Translations under genes and position numbers: made by a program | Notes under the pieces: generated by a model | What the model saw: the letters and a program-made list of their open reading frames with translations, nothing else | What the model was told of the DNA's origin: nothing | Database searches by the model: none | Shown here: positions 1-11,740 of the stretch, piece after piece | How positions within the stretch are numbered: the first letter of the stretch is position 1 | Layout: each line of letters starts with the position of its first letter | NCBI GenBank assembly: GCA_020184695.1 | Contig: JAANOX010000264.1 | Location: 1-56,017 of the forward strand | From: Histomonas meleagridis 2922-C6/04-290x | Taxonomy: Eukaryota > Protista > Parabasalia | Direction of reading: 5' to 3' | DNA: 56,017 nt

Positions 1-266
1 CTACCCATATAATACATTTACACCAACATCTCAAACTATAACGCCTGAGCCAACAACTTCAGGTGCAAAGAAATCTGCAAAGGTTTCATTTGCAATCATT
101 TTAATTGGCTTTTTATTTTTGATCGTTTAAGAATAAAAACTTTAATAAAAACGATTTTCATTTAATATATTCTTCATTAAACTTTGTGAGATATTGATTT
201 ATGCTTCATCGTGATTTCGCACAATTTAAAAAAATTGTGTAAAACAATTATGTAATGTGTATGTGG

Positions 267-560
267 TTAATTTGGTTCAGTAGTTGCTTTACGCCAAGTA
301 TCTGGTGGCATCTCAGTCGTATCAGGAAGTACAATTTCAGGTGTTTGTGGTTCCAAAATACCATCAACGACTTTCATTTCAATGTACGTTTCTTCTTCTT
401 CACCATCTGTTTCAACAGAAATAAGTTTCGGATCACCACCATCTTGTAAAAATCTCTCCAATTCCTGATTACTTTTTTCAAGCATTTCAGTGAAGCATTT
501 GGCTTTTTGTAATAATGGTGATATTGGGACCATTTGTATGTTTGGTTTATTTTGCTCCAT
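267..560 (-). CDS. DUF4598 / NOPCHAP1 (C12orf45)-like small protein; first ATG at 560
   Basis: SPLLQKAKCF..MLEKSNQELE...ETDGEEEETYIEMKVVDGILE resembles the DUF4598 pattern S.LL.rl..Flp.m..aN..Le....ie.v.....yIEM.l..Gvle. The ORF-track start at 587 is GTG. Confidence 0.55.
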   Translation of the reverse strand: MEQNKPNIQMVPISPLLQKAKCFTEMLEKSNQELERFLQDGGDPKLISVETDGEEEETYIEMKVVDGILEPQTPEIVLPDTTEMPPDTWRKATTEPN

Positions 561-858
561 TACTGGAAATAAACGGCCATTTGTCACTTTTTACATTCTT
601 GTGGCACAATTCAGCATTCGCTTGAACAGTTCAACAAATTGATTTAATTTTTTTTTTTTGTTTAGTATTTTTTGTGTGTCAACTTCAATTAGCTGAGATA
701 AAATGGATACCATTATATATTTGTTGATTAACAATTAATTTAAAAATAGTTAATTAACAAATATTTATCAATATGGATGCAAAGGGAATGATGTTACAAA
801 TGCTTTACAAATTTAGATATTTATTTATATTAGAAATTTAAATTATGGTTATTTTTCA

Positions 859-1704
859 CTAATTACTTGAAATTGGAACACCTAAAATATCTGAAAATTG
901 CTGGAGAACTGATTGCTTTCGATTCTGCTTAATTGCATATACTACATGATCAAAGTAACCGTTCATATTTTCATCAATCATTATTTGCTTAAACAAATTT
1001 GCTATTTCGATAGGATCATTTTTAAATACCCCACAACCATAAGCGCCCAAAATTACAGTCGTTGCACCTCTAGCAACAGCAATTTTTATTATTTTTCGAA
1101 TCCGATTTTCCAATACTGAATGAAGCTTTGGTAAATCATCAGACATTCTAGAACGAACGCATCCAGCGTTTGGCGCACAGCTTACTAGGAAATCAACAAC
1201 ATATGGTGTATCGAGAAAATTGAAATTATCATCTTCAAAACATGGACACTTAGAACAATAAACCATATAATCACTATAAAAGAAGTCTTTGCTCCTTTGT
1301 CGATGGTATTCATAATATCGCTGATGTTTACAAAGAACTTTATAAAGACCTGATGCATATGCAAGACTTTCTTCTTGTGCCATTGCCCCATTAACAAATC
1401 CGCCACATACGTTTTTAGCTGATGAAAATACAAGACACATAGTATTTGGTTCATTTTGTTCAACTACTGATTTATAACAGGCGTGCAATGAAGTATCACT
1501 AATAATTTCAACACGTGATTCCTTCATTGGATTTGGTGGAATTTGAGGACAATCTTCAGGTGGAAATTCAACTGTAGATCTGAAGCATTCTTCAAAAAAA
1601 GGTAAAAGATCAATAACTTCATCTCTAGAATTTTTGTACTTTGCTTCTTTAAGAATTTGTAAAGTTTGGGCTGCTTTTTGCTTTAATAATTTTATATTCT
1701 TCAC
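859..1704 (-). CDS. TIGR02452 / DUF2263 bacterial-type poly(ADP-ribose) glycohydrolase (macro-like fold); GTG start
   Basis: Motifs FSSAKNVCGGFVNGAMAQEESLAYASGLY, YSDYMVYCSKCPCFED, SCAPNAG and VILGAYGCGVFKNDP. Family-like N-terminus (AAQTLQILKEAKY) runs right up to a GTG codon preceded by an in-frame TAA. Confidence 0.85.
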   Translation of the reverse strand: MKNIKLLKQKAAQTLQILKEAKYKNSRDEVIDLLPFFEECFRSTVEFPPEDCPQIPPNPMKESRVEIISDTSLHACYKSVVEQNEPNTMCLVFSSAKNVCGGFVNGAMAQEESLAYASGLYKVLCKHQRYYEYHRQRSKDFFYSDYMVYCSKCPCFEDDNFNFLDTPYVVDFLVSCAPNAGCVRSRMSDDLPKLHSVLENRIRKIIKIAVARGATTVILGAYGCGVFKNDPIEIANLFKQIMIDENMNGYFDHVVYAIKQNRKQSVLQQFSDILGVPISSN

Positions 1705-1770
1705 TTAAAAAATAACAGCTTTTCACTTTTACTATGCTTATTTGGTCGGAATTGTTACCCAGAATTTCAA

Positions 1771-3276
1771 GTGTTTTTTATCTATTATTTCTTATCAGTT
1801 CGATCTGATCCATTTGGGATTAACCCATCTCTTTCACGTGAATACAAAGAAGCCATAAACATTAAAAACAACTCATTTACATGTCTTGATCATTCTATGA
1901 CTATTCCATTATCGTCATTAAACGACGGAAAATGCGACTGCCCTGATGGCTCTGATGAACCTGGCACCAATGGATGTTTGAACGGTCATTTTTATTGTCG
2001 TAATATTGGAGGCAAGCCTAAAACTATTCCCTCAATTAAAGTCAACGATGGTATTTGTGATTGTTGTGATGGCTCCGATGAATATGACAATCCTAATGCT
2101 CAGTGTCCTAACATCTGTTCAGATCTTGTCACACTTAGTTTAAATTCACGTGATTCCATTTATCGTCATATTGAATTAGGACTTCGTCGCAAGCGAGAAA
2201 TTGAACCTTCAATACAATCTGACTATTCCAAATCACAAGAGACTCTCCAAGAACTTCGTCAAGACCTTAAAAAGATGGAACACGAACTCGACATTTTAAA
2301 TCGTGAGAAACGCGAAAAGCGAAAAATATGGAAAATAGAGAAGCGTAAACTCAAAGGCATTAGTGAAGAAGAATATGCTGAACTTAAACTCCGCAAGCAA
2401 CAATACATTAATAAGCCCAAAAAGCCAAAAGAAGAATATGTTGAGCCAGATCCACATGGATTAAATGTACCATTTGATGAAGCGCTTGGAAGCATTGATT
2501 GGAATGTTGATGAAGGCATTGAAGAATTAATATTTGAAGCCACTCCACGTCCGGCACCAATTCGCCGTCGTAATGATCATTATCCTCATCAAGAGAATGA
2601 TGAAAATGCTCGAATCGAACATCGCAAACGTAAATGGAAAGAATTAATGAAAGCAGAAAAAGCGAAAAATTTAGAAGCACAAAGTGCTAAAGGATTTTTG
2701 GACAAAGCGCGTTCGACTATAAAGGATATCACTGGTAAAGTGTTTGGTGATAAGCCGAAGAGTTACGAAGAATATAAATCCATTGAAAAACAAATTAATG
2801 GATTAAATAATGATATGACCGATATTCGAGCTTCATTATATAGACTCGAAAAGAAGTTGAATCATGACCTAGGAGCTAATAATACATGGTTCCCTTTAAG
2901 TGAGGAGCCTTTCGAGATATCTAAGGATGGTAATGATTTTCAAATTGTGTTTTTCAATCATGTGTCAAGTAGACAAACCGGATCAAATTGGTTTGGTACT
3001 GGTTGTGGTGAGTTTAAAGGATTTGATGAGACTGGGAATGTGATGTTGTATGAGGACGGACAAATGTGTTGGCAAGGTTCGCCTCGAAGAACTGAAGTTG
3101 TGTTGTATTGTGGTAGTAGAAATAAGTTTTTGGATATTGAGGAAATCGATAGATGTGTATATAGAGCACACTTCGAAACGCCATTGATTTGTAGAGAGAA
3201 TTATGCTGATTGGATTCGGAAAATGTCCGATTTGGATTTGACAGATTATATTACAAGATGGCAAAAAGTAGAATGA
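1771..3276 (+). CDS. PRKCSH: Glucosidase II beta subunit-like (LDLa repeats, coiled coil, PRKCSH/MRH domain)
   Basis: LNDGKCDCPDGSDEPGT, FYCRNIG, VNDGICDCCDGSDE; C-terminal MLYEDGQMCWQGSPRRTEVVLYCG...EIDRCVYRAHFETPLIC; signal-peptide-like N-terminus. The start codon is GTG. Confidence 0.85.
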   Translation: MFFIYYFLSVRSDPFGINPSLSREYKEAINIKNNSFTCLDHSMTIPLSSLNDGKCDCPDGSDEPGTNGCLNGHFYCRNIGGKPKTIPSIKVNDGICDCCDGSDEYDNPNAQCPNICSDLVTLSLNSRDSIYRHIELGLRRKREIEPSIQSDYSKSQETLQELRQDLKKMEHELDILNREKREKRKIWKIEKRKLKGISEEEYAELKLRKQQYINKPKKPKEEYVEPDPHGLNVPFDEALGSIDWNVDEGIEELIFEATPRPAPIRRRNDHYPHQENDENARIEHRKRKWKELMKAEKAKNLEAQSAKGFLDKARSTIKDITGKVFGDKPKSYEEYKSIEKQINGLNNDMTDIRASLYRLEKKLNHDLGANNTWFPLSEEPFEISKDGNDFQIVFFNHVSSRQTGSNWFGTGCGEFKGFDETGNVMLYEDGQMCWQGSPRRTEVVLYCGSRNKFLDIEEIDRCVYRAHFETPLICRENYADWIRKMSDLDLTDYITRWQKVE

Positions 3277-4038
3277 TCTTAATAAATTAAAAAAAAATTA
3301 TTTTATATTTTTTTTAGAGTTTTATATATATATTCAAACAAGTTTTAATGCAATTATGTTAAATGATTTAAATTGAGCTGATGTCATGAAATTAAAACGA
3401 TTATATTTTGAATAGATATTTGATGTGTTATTATTCCATAGAAGAATTTATTTTAACATTTTCTACAAAAATTATTCAAATAAAAAATAAACTACTTTTT
3501 ATTTTATAAGATTGCTCAAGGACATTTTCAAACGAGGGATTTTATAAATGTAAGTAATAAACAAGTATTCCTCTAAATTTATTTTTATTTTATAGTTAAT
3601 CAATTTAAAAATGCAAGAATTCTTGTATTTCTCTGAAGAAAATAAAATAATACATTATATAATGATCCTATTGAGATACGACCTTATAGTGCTATATAAA
3701 AAATTTTAGAAGATATATTTTATAAATGTTATATCTTTGATAATAATTTATAATCAGAATTATCATGAAATTGGTAAAGTGCTCACTCGGTTAATGATTT
3801 CTTTTATATATTTTAATAATGGAGATCGCATTATAATTATCTACTTGTTTTTGTGGGCAATTTTTGCTTCATCTTTTCCATTGCGCTTTGTGATATTGCT
3901 ATAACTTTTTGTGTAATTTGAAATTTATTTTTGTTTTTTCAATTTGAGATTACTTTTTCTACATGTTTTGTATGAAATTCAATACAAGATGATCGTTCGG
4001 GCCGATTTTTTAACTGAATTGAATGTGGGCGTGGTGAA

Positions 4039-4422
4039 ATGAAATTTGATAAACTTTCCAATCAAACCAAAATTATTTCAATTGAATCGATAACATTCCT
4101 ATATAACAATAGCCTAATGGGAAACAAAGGCAAGTCATGGAGAAAATTAAAATACTTCGCAGTTACAAATCAAGACGGTTCAGTTGTTATAGTTCGTGTG
4201 GGTGATAAAGAAAAAATCTACAAAGATGATTTGACTTTCATACAAAATTATCAGAGTTTCGAAGAATATACTCCCATGTTAAATTCAAATGATAATATAC
4301 CTATCATTATGCAAAATCCTGAACAGGAAATCCTAAATACTGTTCCACAATATAACCTGGATAATACGATATTTATGGGCATTGATATAATGAACAATGA
4401 AGAATTTATTGACTCTCCGTGA
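4039..4422 (+). CDS. Hypothetical protein
   Basis: 127-aa ATG ORF with less extreme AT content than its flanks; no recognisable domain. Confidence 0.35.
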   Translation: MKFDKLSNQTKIISIESITFLYNNSLMGNKGKSWRKLKYFAVTNQDGSVVIVRVGDKEKIYKDDLTFIQNYQSFEEYTPMLNSNDNIPIIMQNPEQEILNTVPQYNLDNTIFMGIDIMNNEEFIDSP

Positions 4423-4876
4423 ACTAATAAATATTATTGACATGGTATATCGTATAATATTATTATTTTTGATAAAGCAGAATAATAAATTGATATTACT
4501 ATTCTTAAAATATAAAGTAATATGGTCTTCGGATCCGATTATATAGTTATCATTCATTATATAATATTCTAATCATTTTTCTTGATGAATTTACTTTCGT
4601 TATGTTTATGCTATATTTTTATTAGTTTGTTATTCTATTACTTAAATAATGGAGAAAATAATTTTATCGATATGTAAGTAGAGGTTAATTTTACAATTTC
4701 TCATAAACATCATTCTTGTTTTCTTAATTCATAACATATTTATTAAAATTTTAAGAAATAATGTAATTATTATGTTCGTTATATATATTCACAACAATAC
4801 ATAATATTTTTTAGCATTAAGAATATCAACATGAATATGTAAGAAGTAATTTAAGTAATTTTTATTTTATATCAAA

Positions 4877-6908
4877 TTAATGTTGCTGCTGATTACTTTG
4901 AAGTAAATTTACTATTTCAGTGAAGCCTTTTGCAGTTGCACACATAATCGGTGTTGTAAATATTTTGAATAATTTCCGAATATTAATATTAAATGATAAA
5001 ATGTCTAAGTAAACATCATGACAAATAAGTAAATATCTTTCTCATTTGGATCTATACCTTTTTTAAGAAGCATCTTTACAATTTTAGTAAAACCATTTGA
5101 AACTGCAATAATAAGCGGCGTTGTAAATATTTTTAATGATTTCCAAATATTATTTTGAAACATAAAATTATTAAAACAAATAGGAAATAAAATAAATCAA
5201 TACCTTTATATTTAATATTAATCCCTTCTTGTTTTAGAAGTAGTTTAACTATTTCATTATAGCCATTTTCAATTGCAAAAACAAGTGCTGTTTTAAGTAT
5301 AATAAATAATTTCCAAATTTTATTATTAAATTTTATGCTGTTTAAACAAATATTAAACAAAACAAATAAATATCTCTAACATTGATATCAATTCCTTTTT
5401 GCTCAAGAAGTAATTTAACAATATCAATGAAACCTTTCGATGATGCAAACATTAGTGCTGTTTTATATTTATTAAAGAAAATCCAAATAAATTAACTTAA
5501 CATTAAACAATTTCATTAGATATTATATAAACAAATTAATCACCTTTAGCATTAATATTATCAACACCTTTCTCAATGATATATTTCATAACTTCTATAT
5601 TACCACTATACGAAGCAGCAATAAAAGAATTTTCAAATCATTTTAATGTATTCCGAATCTATAAATGAAATATATTTTTATAAAAACAAATTCTAAAAAA
5701 AATCAAAAAACATTTTTTGTGTTAATATCAATTTTCACTTCTTCAACGAAGTATTTTACAAGTTCGAAATTTCTTGAAAGTATAGAGTTATATAAAATAT
5801 CATTTGGAGGATTCCTTCCTTCAAGGAAATGATTAATCAGAAATATATTACCAATTTTTGCTGCTTCATTTATTAAGTCCTCATTAGTTTTCATTCCATT
5901 TTCTTCTAAGTATGATATAAGTTCATAATTAAAAAATATAATGCATTTCTTTCCTATATCAGGAAGATCTTTTTTTCTAAATTTAATTTTTTTATTATCA
6001 AAAAGATATCGAAAAATATCATTTCGATGATATTCGATAGCTATTTCATAAGATTTAGCAAAAGATACTTTATTTTGTTCACATAAATGTAATATTTCAA
6101 GGTTTCCACCTGCAACTGCATATTTTCCGATTTCATTTGTTTTATCTCTCAAAAAATGTGGATAATCTAAAACTAAATATTTAAAACATTTAACAGAACC
6201 GAAATAAGCAGCATAACTAACAAGAGAAACTTCTTTTTCATTTATAAATGAATATTTTTCATATATTGATGGTGGTATCTTTTGAAAGCAAATAAAACTG
6301 TTATTCGATAAAAGTTCTTGAAGTTTTTCAAGATCATCATTTCGTATTACTTTTGCAATTTCTAATGGATTAACTCCTTCATGTATCAATTTCTTATGAA
6401 GAAACCAATCATCTTTCTTTAATTCTTCAATGTTTTCTATTAATTTTTCCGAATTTTTTTCTTTAAAAAGAATTTGTTGAATTTCTTCATCGGTTTTATA
6501 ATGTGCAAAATAAAATGTATCAAATGATTTAACAAAACTTGGTTCAATCATCTTTTTCTCAATCATGCTTTCTACAAAGTAATATGACTCTTGTGGTTTA
6601 TATAAAAAGTTTAATAATGATAAAAGATCTTTAGTTGTATAATTATCTTGAAGGAAAGAGGAATTCTTTTCTTGAATTAATTGTAGAAATGTTAAAAGAA
6701 CATTTGCATCACCACTTTGGCATATAAAAGAAGAATATACAAGTTGTGATATAATACGAATAAAGGTGATTGGAAAATGAGTATCAAAATTTTCCAAAAT
6801 TTTTTCGACTGATAACTCTATATTATCTTTGTTAAGATTATAAACTATAGATGATAATGTCTCAAGATAAGTTAAATATTTTTTATCTTTTTGTTTTTTC
6901 CCTTTCAT
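4877..6908 (-). CDS. DUF3447-ankyrin repeat gene (locus A); open N-terminal part 5712-6908, then five ankyrin modules separated by 80-nt spacers
   Basis: SLVSYAAYFGSVKCFKYL...YAVAGGNLEILHLCE core. Downstream modules on the minus strand read NSFIAASYSGNIEVMKYIIEKGVDNINAKG, TALMFASSKGFIDIVKLLLEQKGIDINVRD, TALVFAIENGYNEIVKLLLKQEGINIKYKG, TPLIIAVSNGFTKIVKMLLKKGIDPNEKD and TPIMCATAKGFTEIVNLLQSNQQQH*. Confidence 0.75.
4955..5711 (-). repeat. Five 80-nt (4 x 20-nt) intervening spacers in ankyrin locus A
   Basis: Spacers at 5632-5711, 5462-5541, 5292-5371, 5122-5201 and 4955-5034, each 80 nt. A TTYGGA-type motif starts 26 nt before each TAL/TPL-equivalent codon. Confidence 0.85.
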
Positions 6909-7441
6909 TGTTGGAACATTTAACCATCAAATCGTATTCAATTTCTTAACAAACTTATTCAATTTTTTTAGATGATGAACTTGACCACTTTTCACATTCA
7001 ATCACTTTTAAGGAAATTGAAAATAATTCTATAGGTTAAAAACTATAGTTTAACAAAAATAATCATTTTCAAACCAGACAATGATAAAAAATATAATTTC
7101 CAATGGTTTTAACTAAACTGGAACCTGGAACAAGCTTTAACTGCAAGAATTACGATTAATGTCTTAAGATCCAAAAGTCGGTGAAGTGATTATGTATCCG
7201 CTCTCTCTGTCTCTTCTTCAGCCATAAAATCAAAAGCTTTTCTAACACATTTTCACAATTTCATTTAAAAATAAAAAATAATCAAAAGAATGTGTTTTTT
7301 TATTAAAAAAAATATCCAATATACAAATTGGTTTCTATTTTTAGGAATATTTTCCTAATATTTATTAATAATTTAATTTTTTTTTTTACCGATACATAAA
7401 TTGGTTTTTATTTTTTTTTTTTTCATATTAATTTATTTATT

Positions 7442-8347
7442 TTAAAGCAAAGACTCAAGTGCACTGATTACTTCATCAGCGTTTGGTCTTTTGCTTAAAT
7501 CCTTATCAGTCATTTTGCTGATAAGTGATTTTATTTTTTCGTCAGTATTTATGTTCGCTTAGTCGTTGTCCTTAAGTTGTTTTATAGTTTTTCATTTTCG
7601 ACATTTGAGTATTAAATGACCCAAAAACTTCGAGGAAAATGATTCCAAGGCTATAAATATCAACTTTAGGACGCAGCTTTTCCTTTTCCGGAGAAGCATA
7701 AAGTGGCGTCGAACTATTAATAGCATCGTCATTTATGAACATATTAAATGATGAGATGCCAAAATCAATGATCTTTGGAAGACCATCGTTTCCAATAACA
7801 ATATTGGAGGGCTTTATGTCTCGATGAATGATGTTATTATCATGGAGATATTTAAGGCCCTTAGAAATATGAATACATTTTTGAAGTTTGTCATAAAATG
7901 TTTCATTTTCACACGGTTTGAACATAATTCCATTTGAATATATAATGAAATCTTGTCCTTTTGTGAATCGTGCTCAAACCATATACCAAAACATTTGATA
8001 ACATTGGGATGCGAAATTTGTGATAATATCAAGATTTCATTAAAAATATTATCAAACGAAAAATTTTTAATGCATTTTATAGCATAACTTTTCTCAGACG
8101 AATTGCCAATAACTGAGAAAACAGTTCCGTCCATTCCTTTTCCAATTTTGCTTTGAATTGTAAACTATATTCGAAATCGTGTAGATAAACTCAAATTCGA
8201 ATTGTATTTCTGTAATATTTGAATTTTGTCTTTTGCACTTAATGTTGGGTCTGTTAAATTTTCGTAAAGTTTCGAATAAGCTACTAAATTGTTAACATCT
8301 CCTGTTTGATTCGTCAGGCCAGGGTTTGTTAAATTTCCCGTAGACAT
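7442..8347 (-). pseudogene. Disrupted Ser/Thr kinase (eIF2-alpha kinase/Wee-like)
   Basis: IGKGMDGTV (Gly loop), YAIK, YIQMELC, LKYLH..IIHRDIKPSN, IIDFG, DIYSLG. There is an in-frame TAG at 8165-8167 and frameshifts near 7915 and 7575. Confidence 0.75.
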
Positions 8348-9292
8348 CAAAATAATATTATTGAGTGCAACGTATGGCGGAAATTCGAAACTTTGCTAAA
8401 CGGTCGTGCGCAATGTGGATCATAACCGTTTTATTGTATAAAAGTGTCATGTTTATCAAAAAGTGAATATTGAATTGTTTACTTATGCAAACTATACGAA
8501 GCCTATCGATTTTTTAGTTTTTTAGAATGGGTTCAGTCGTTGTTTTGTATTCAAATATTCCTCAACTAAAACAAAAACATCTCCTAAAGCAATGCACGTT
8601 CTGAATAGCAAAGCAGCAAGTAAAGGCAAAATTTTTTATTCATTATTATATTTCGATATCTAAAAAAAATTTACATATTTGGAACCTGCAAATTGTCAAT
8701 TTCAGTTACTGTAACCAAGAAACCTGAAACTGCCGACCGCAACTCTTTATGCCATTTCCAACCAGAACAAACATTTTGAAACACACAAATAAAACATCAT
8801 ATCTTGCTACAAGGACATTGTTCCCCCATGTTTTCTTCTTTATTATCACTCTAAGTAAAACGATTTTCGTTATGATTTGTAATTATCATTTAAATTTTCA
8901 ATATCAACTACACCAAATCAAGAAAAGACAGATTCTACCTCCTCTCAGGAACATGCTTTTATTATTTAATCATACTACTACCTCCAAAAAATCCAACAAT
9001 TTGATTTTTGATTATCATCACTCTTTAAATTTTCATAACAAATTGTATTTCCCTTTTAATTTCAACCAAACATATTACCATTCATTTCTTTTTCGTACTC
9101 AGCAAGTAAATCATAAAATTTTCACATCTCACTTATTTGATTTTATTTTTAATATTATGTTAAAAGAAAACAATTTTTGTATCTTTAAAATCAACAGCAT
9201 TTATTTGATTTTATCTTTTATCTTTTTGCTTTTATATAATTTTTGCTCAATTAAATCTTTTTTACTAAATAAATACCATAAAAAACATCGAA

Positions 9293-11211
9293 ATGAAAAT
9301 TTTTGTTTGATTTTTATTTTTATATTTTTCACAAAATGTTTCTCAACTTTTGATAATTCAACTAAAACACTTTCTATTTCCAATTCAACAGATTATGATA
9401 ATATAGCACTATATAAAAATGAAACAATTAATCTTATTATTGGAGGTTACATCACTGGAATTGCAGATAATTGTTTTTATGAGTGGAATAATTTGGAAAG
9501 TATAAAAATGAATGAATCAATCACTGTAATTGGAAATTCTGCATTTTCATCATGTTCTAATTTGAAAACAGTTTTTATTGGAGAAAGTGTGGAAAGAATT
9601 GGAATTTCTGCATTTTATAATTGCACATCATTAGTAAATATTACAATTCCAAATAAAGTAACAACAATTGGAAATTTTGTTTTTGCATTATGTACGAGTA
9701 TGGAAACGATTTCTATTGGAGAAAATGTGGAAAGAATTGGAAATTCTGCATTTTCATATTGCACATCTTTAGTAAATATTACAATTCCAGACAAAGTAAC
9801 AGAAATTGGAATTTCTTCATTTTATTCATGTTCTAATTTGAAAATAATTTTCATTGGAGAAAATGTAGAAAGAATTGGAAATTCTGCATTTTATAATTGT
9901 ACATCTTTAGTAAATATTACAATTCCAGACAAAGTAACAGAAATTGGAATTTCTACATTTTATTCATGTTCTAATTTGAAAATAATTTTTATTGGAGAAA
10001 ATGTAGAAAGAATTGGAAATTCTGCATTTTATAATTGTACATCCTTAGTAAATATTACAATTCCAAATAAAGTAACAGATATTGGAAATTATGTTTTTGC
10101 ATTATGTACGAGTATGGAAACGATTTCTATTGGAGAAAATTTAAATGCAATTGGAATTAATGCATTTAGTTCATGTTCAAAACTTAAATTCATTAATGTT
10201 TCGAATGAAAATTTACATTTTGCTAATTATCAAAATGATGGAATTTTATATGATAAACAAATCAATAGAATAAATATTTATCCATCAGGAAATTTAAATG
10301 TTAAATTTGAAGTTCCATTTTCAGTAAAAGAAATTGGAAGTTATTCATTTGTTTCATGTATTAATTTAGAAACGATTTATATTGGCGAAAATGTTACTTC
10401 AATTGAAGCAAATGCATTTTCATCATGTGATAAACTCAAATGCATTTATTACTTTGGCGAAACAGATCCAACAAATTCATCAAATATATTTATAGATGTA
10501 GCAGCAAAAATTGTCATGACAACAAATTCATATAATGGATCAACATTTGGCGGATTAAATGTGGCTAAAGGAACAATAATAAATGAGTGCGCCTTATTAA
10601 CAAATACATTTCCTAAATCAAATACATATACTAAATCGAATACATTAACGAAATCAAATACATTTACGAAGTCATATGAAATTTCATTTGTTGTTTCGAA
10701 TTCATTTACTTTTTCATATTCGAATGGTATAACATTAACGAATACAATAACATTAACACAATCATTATCTATTACGCAAACAATAAGAATTTATAATTCG
10801 ACGTATTCGAATTCATTTTCTGTTTCTATTATTAATTCGGTATTAACTTATGTTTTGAGTGAATTTATTTATTACGAATATACTGTTGTTGTGTATTCGA
10901 CTTATTACATATATTATAGTAATTTCTTTACAATTATATATCAAAATGAAAATATTAATGATGATAATAAAAACACAATAATAATTATAAGTGTTTGCGT
11001 TGCAGTTGTTGTAATTGTAATAATTGCAATACTTATCATAGTTTTGGTGCGAATTCATAATAAAAAACAAATAAGTAATGAACAAGAAGCAAAAAGTTTC
11101 GAAGAAAATCAAAATGAAAATACATTTGCAATGGGAACATCAACAAATAATATTGATGAAGATCCATTTGCTGATGATTTTAAAGAAGAAAAATTCATTA
11201 ATCATATTTAA
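9293..11211 (+). CDS. BspA-like (LRR_5/TpLRR) type I surface protein
   Basis: 23-aa repeats (IGNSAFYNCTSLVNITIPDKVTE), a Ser/Thr stalk (KSNTFTKS), a TM helix (IIIISVCVAVVVIVIIAILIIVLV) and an acidic tail (EDPFADDFKEEKF). The likely start is ATG 9293, which is one base out of frame; the 8749 start is probably fortuitous. Confidence 0.85.
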
Positions 11212-11486
11212 CATATAAACATTTGATTATTAATTAAGTAAAAAATCGGTAAAACTTAAATTTAAGAGTTTAAATGTATTTTTTATCATGTGATTTGTTG
11301 TGTTTAAATTTCAAGGAATTTTTTATATAATTGCATATCACTGATAACATGTTAGATATGGATGTAAAATTTTGTATTCTATTAATTTATCTCATCATAA
11401 AATCAAAATCAGAACTTCAACAAAATTTCAAATTTGCTAGCAAACAAATTTTCACTTAAAATAATTTCTTTATTAAAATCATTCCA

Positions 11487-11740
11487 TTCAAGGTAATTCA
11501 TTACCCAATTTGCTGGTGCTTTTTCGTTTGGTTTACCCTTTTCATTGAGCAAGCCTGCCATATCATTCTCTTCTTCTCCTGCGCGATAGGTCCCTTGCTC
11601 CAACACTTCGGATATGTATCTCTGTCCATGATGACTCATTTAATTTATGCAGCAAATCCATGGTCACTATTGTACATTAGCTCTGTTGTCATTAGCGCAA
11701 TTCCCAATGCGATTGTCTTGCCTTTCGTCGTTATGATCAT
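11487..11740 (-). pseudogene. Relic of the Cbf5/dyskerin 3' region (PUA domain and C-terminal segment)
   Basis: Reads MIITTKGKTIALGIALMTTELMYNSDHGFAA*IK*VIMDRDTYPKCWSKGPIAQEKKRMI/AGLLNEKGKPNEKAPANWVMNYLE. This matches the Cbf5 pattern ITTKGEAIA.aia.m....DHG.vA.iKRVIMeRDTYPr.WglGP.A..KK.mi..GlLdk.GKP. It has two stops and one frameshift. Confidence 0.75.

Noticed and set aside
7110-7240. GC-richer island reading MAEEETE... on the minus strand
   Set aside because: Stops occur within a few codons in all frames and I recognise no family; possibly a relic but unsupported.
8749-9292. 180-aa N-terminal extension of the BspA ORF
   Set aside because: Low-complexity T/A-rich open frame upstream of a clear signal-peptide-like segment; probably fortuitous.
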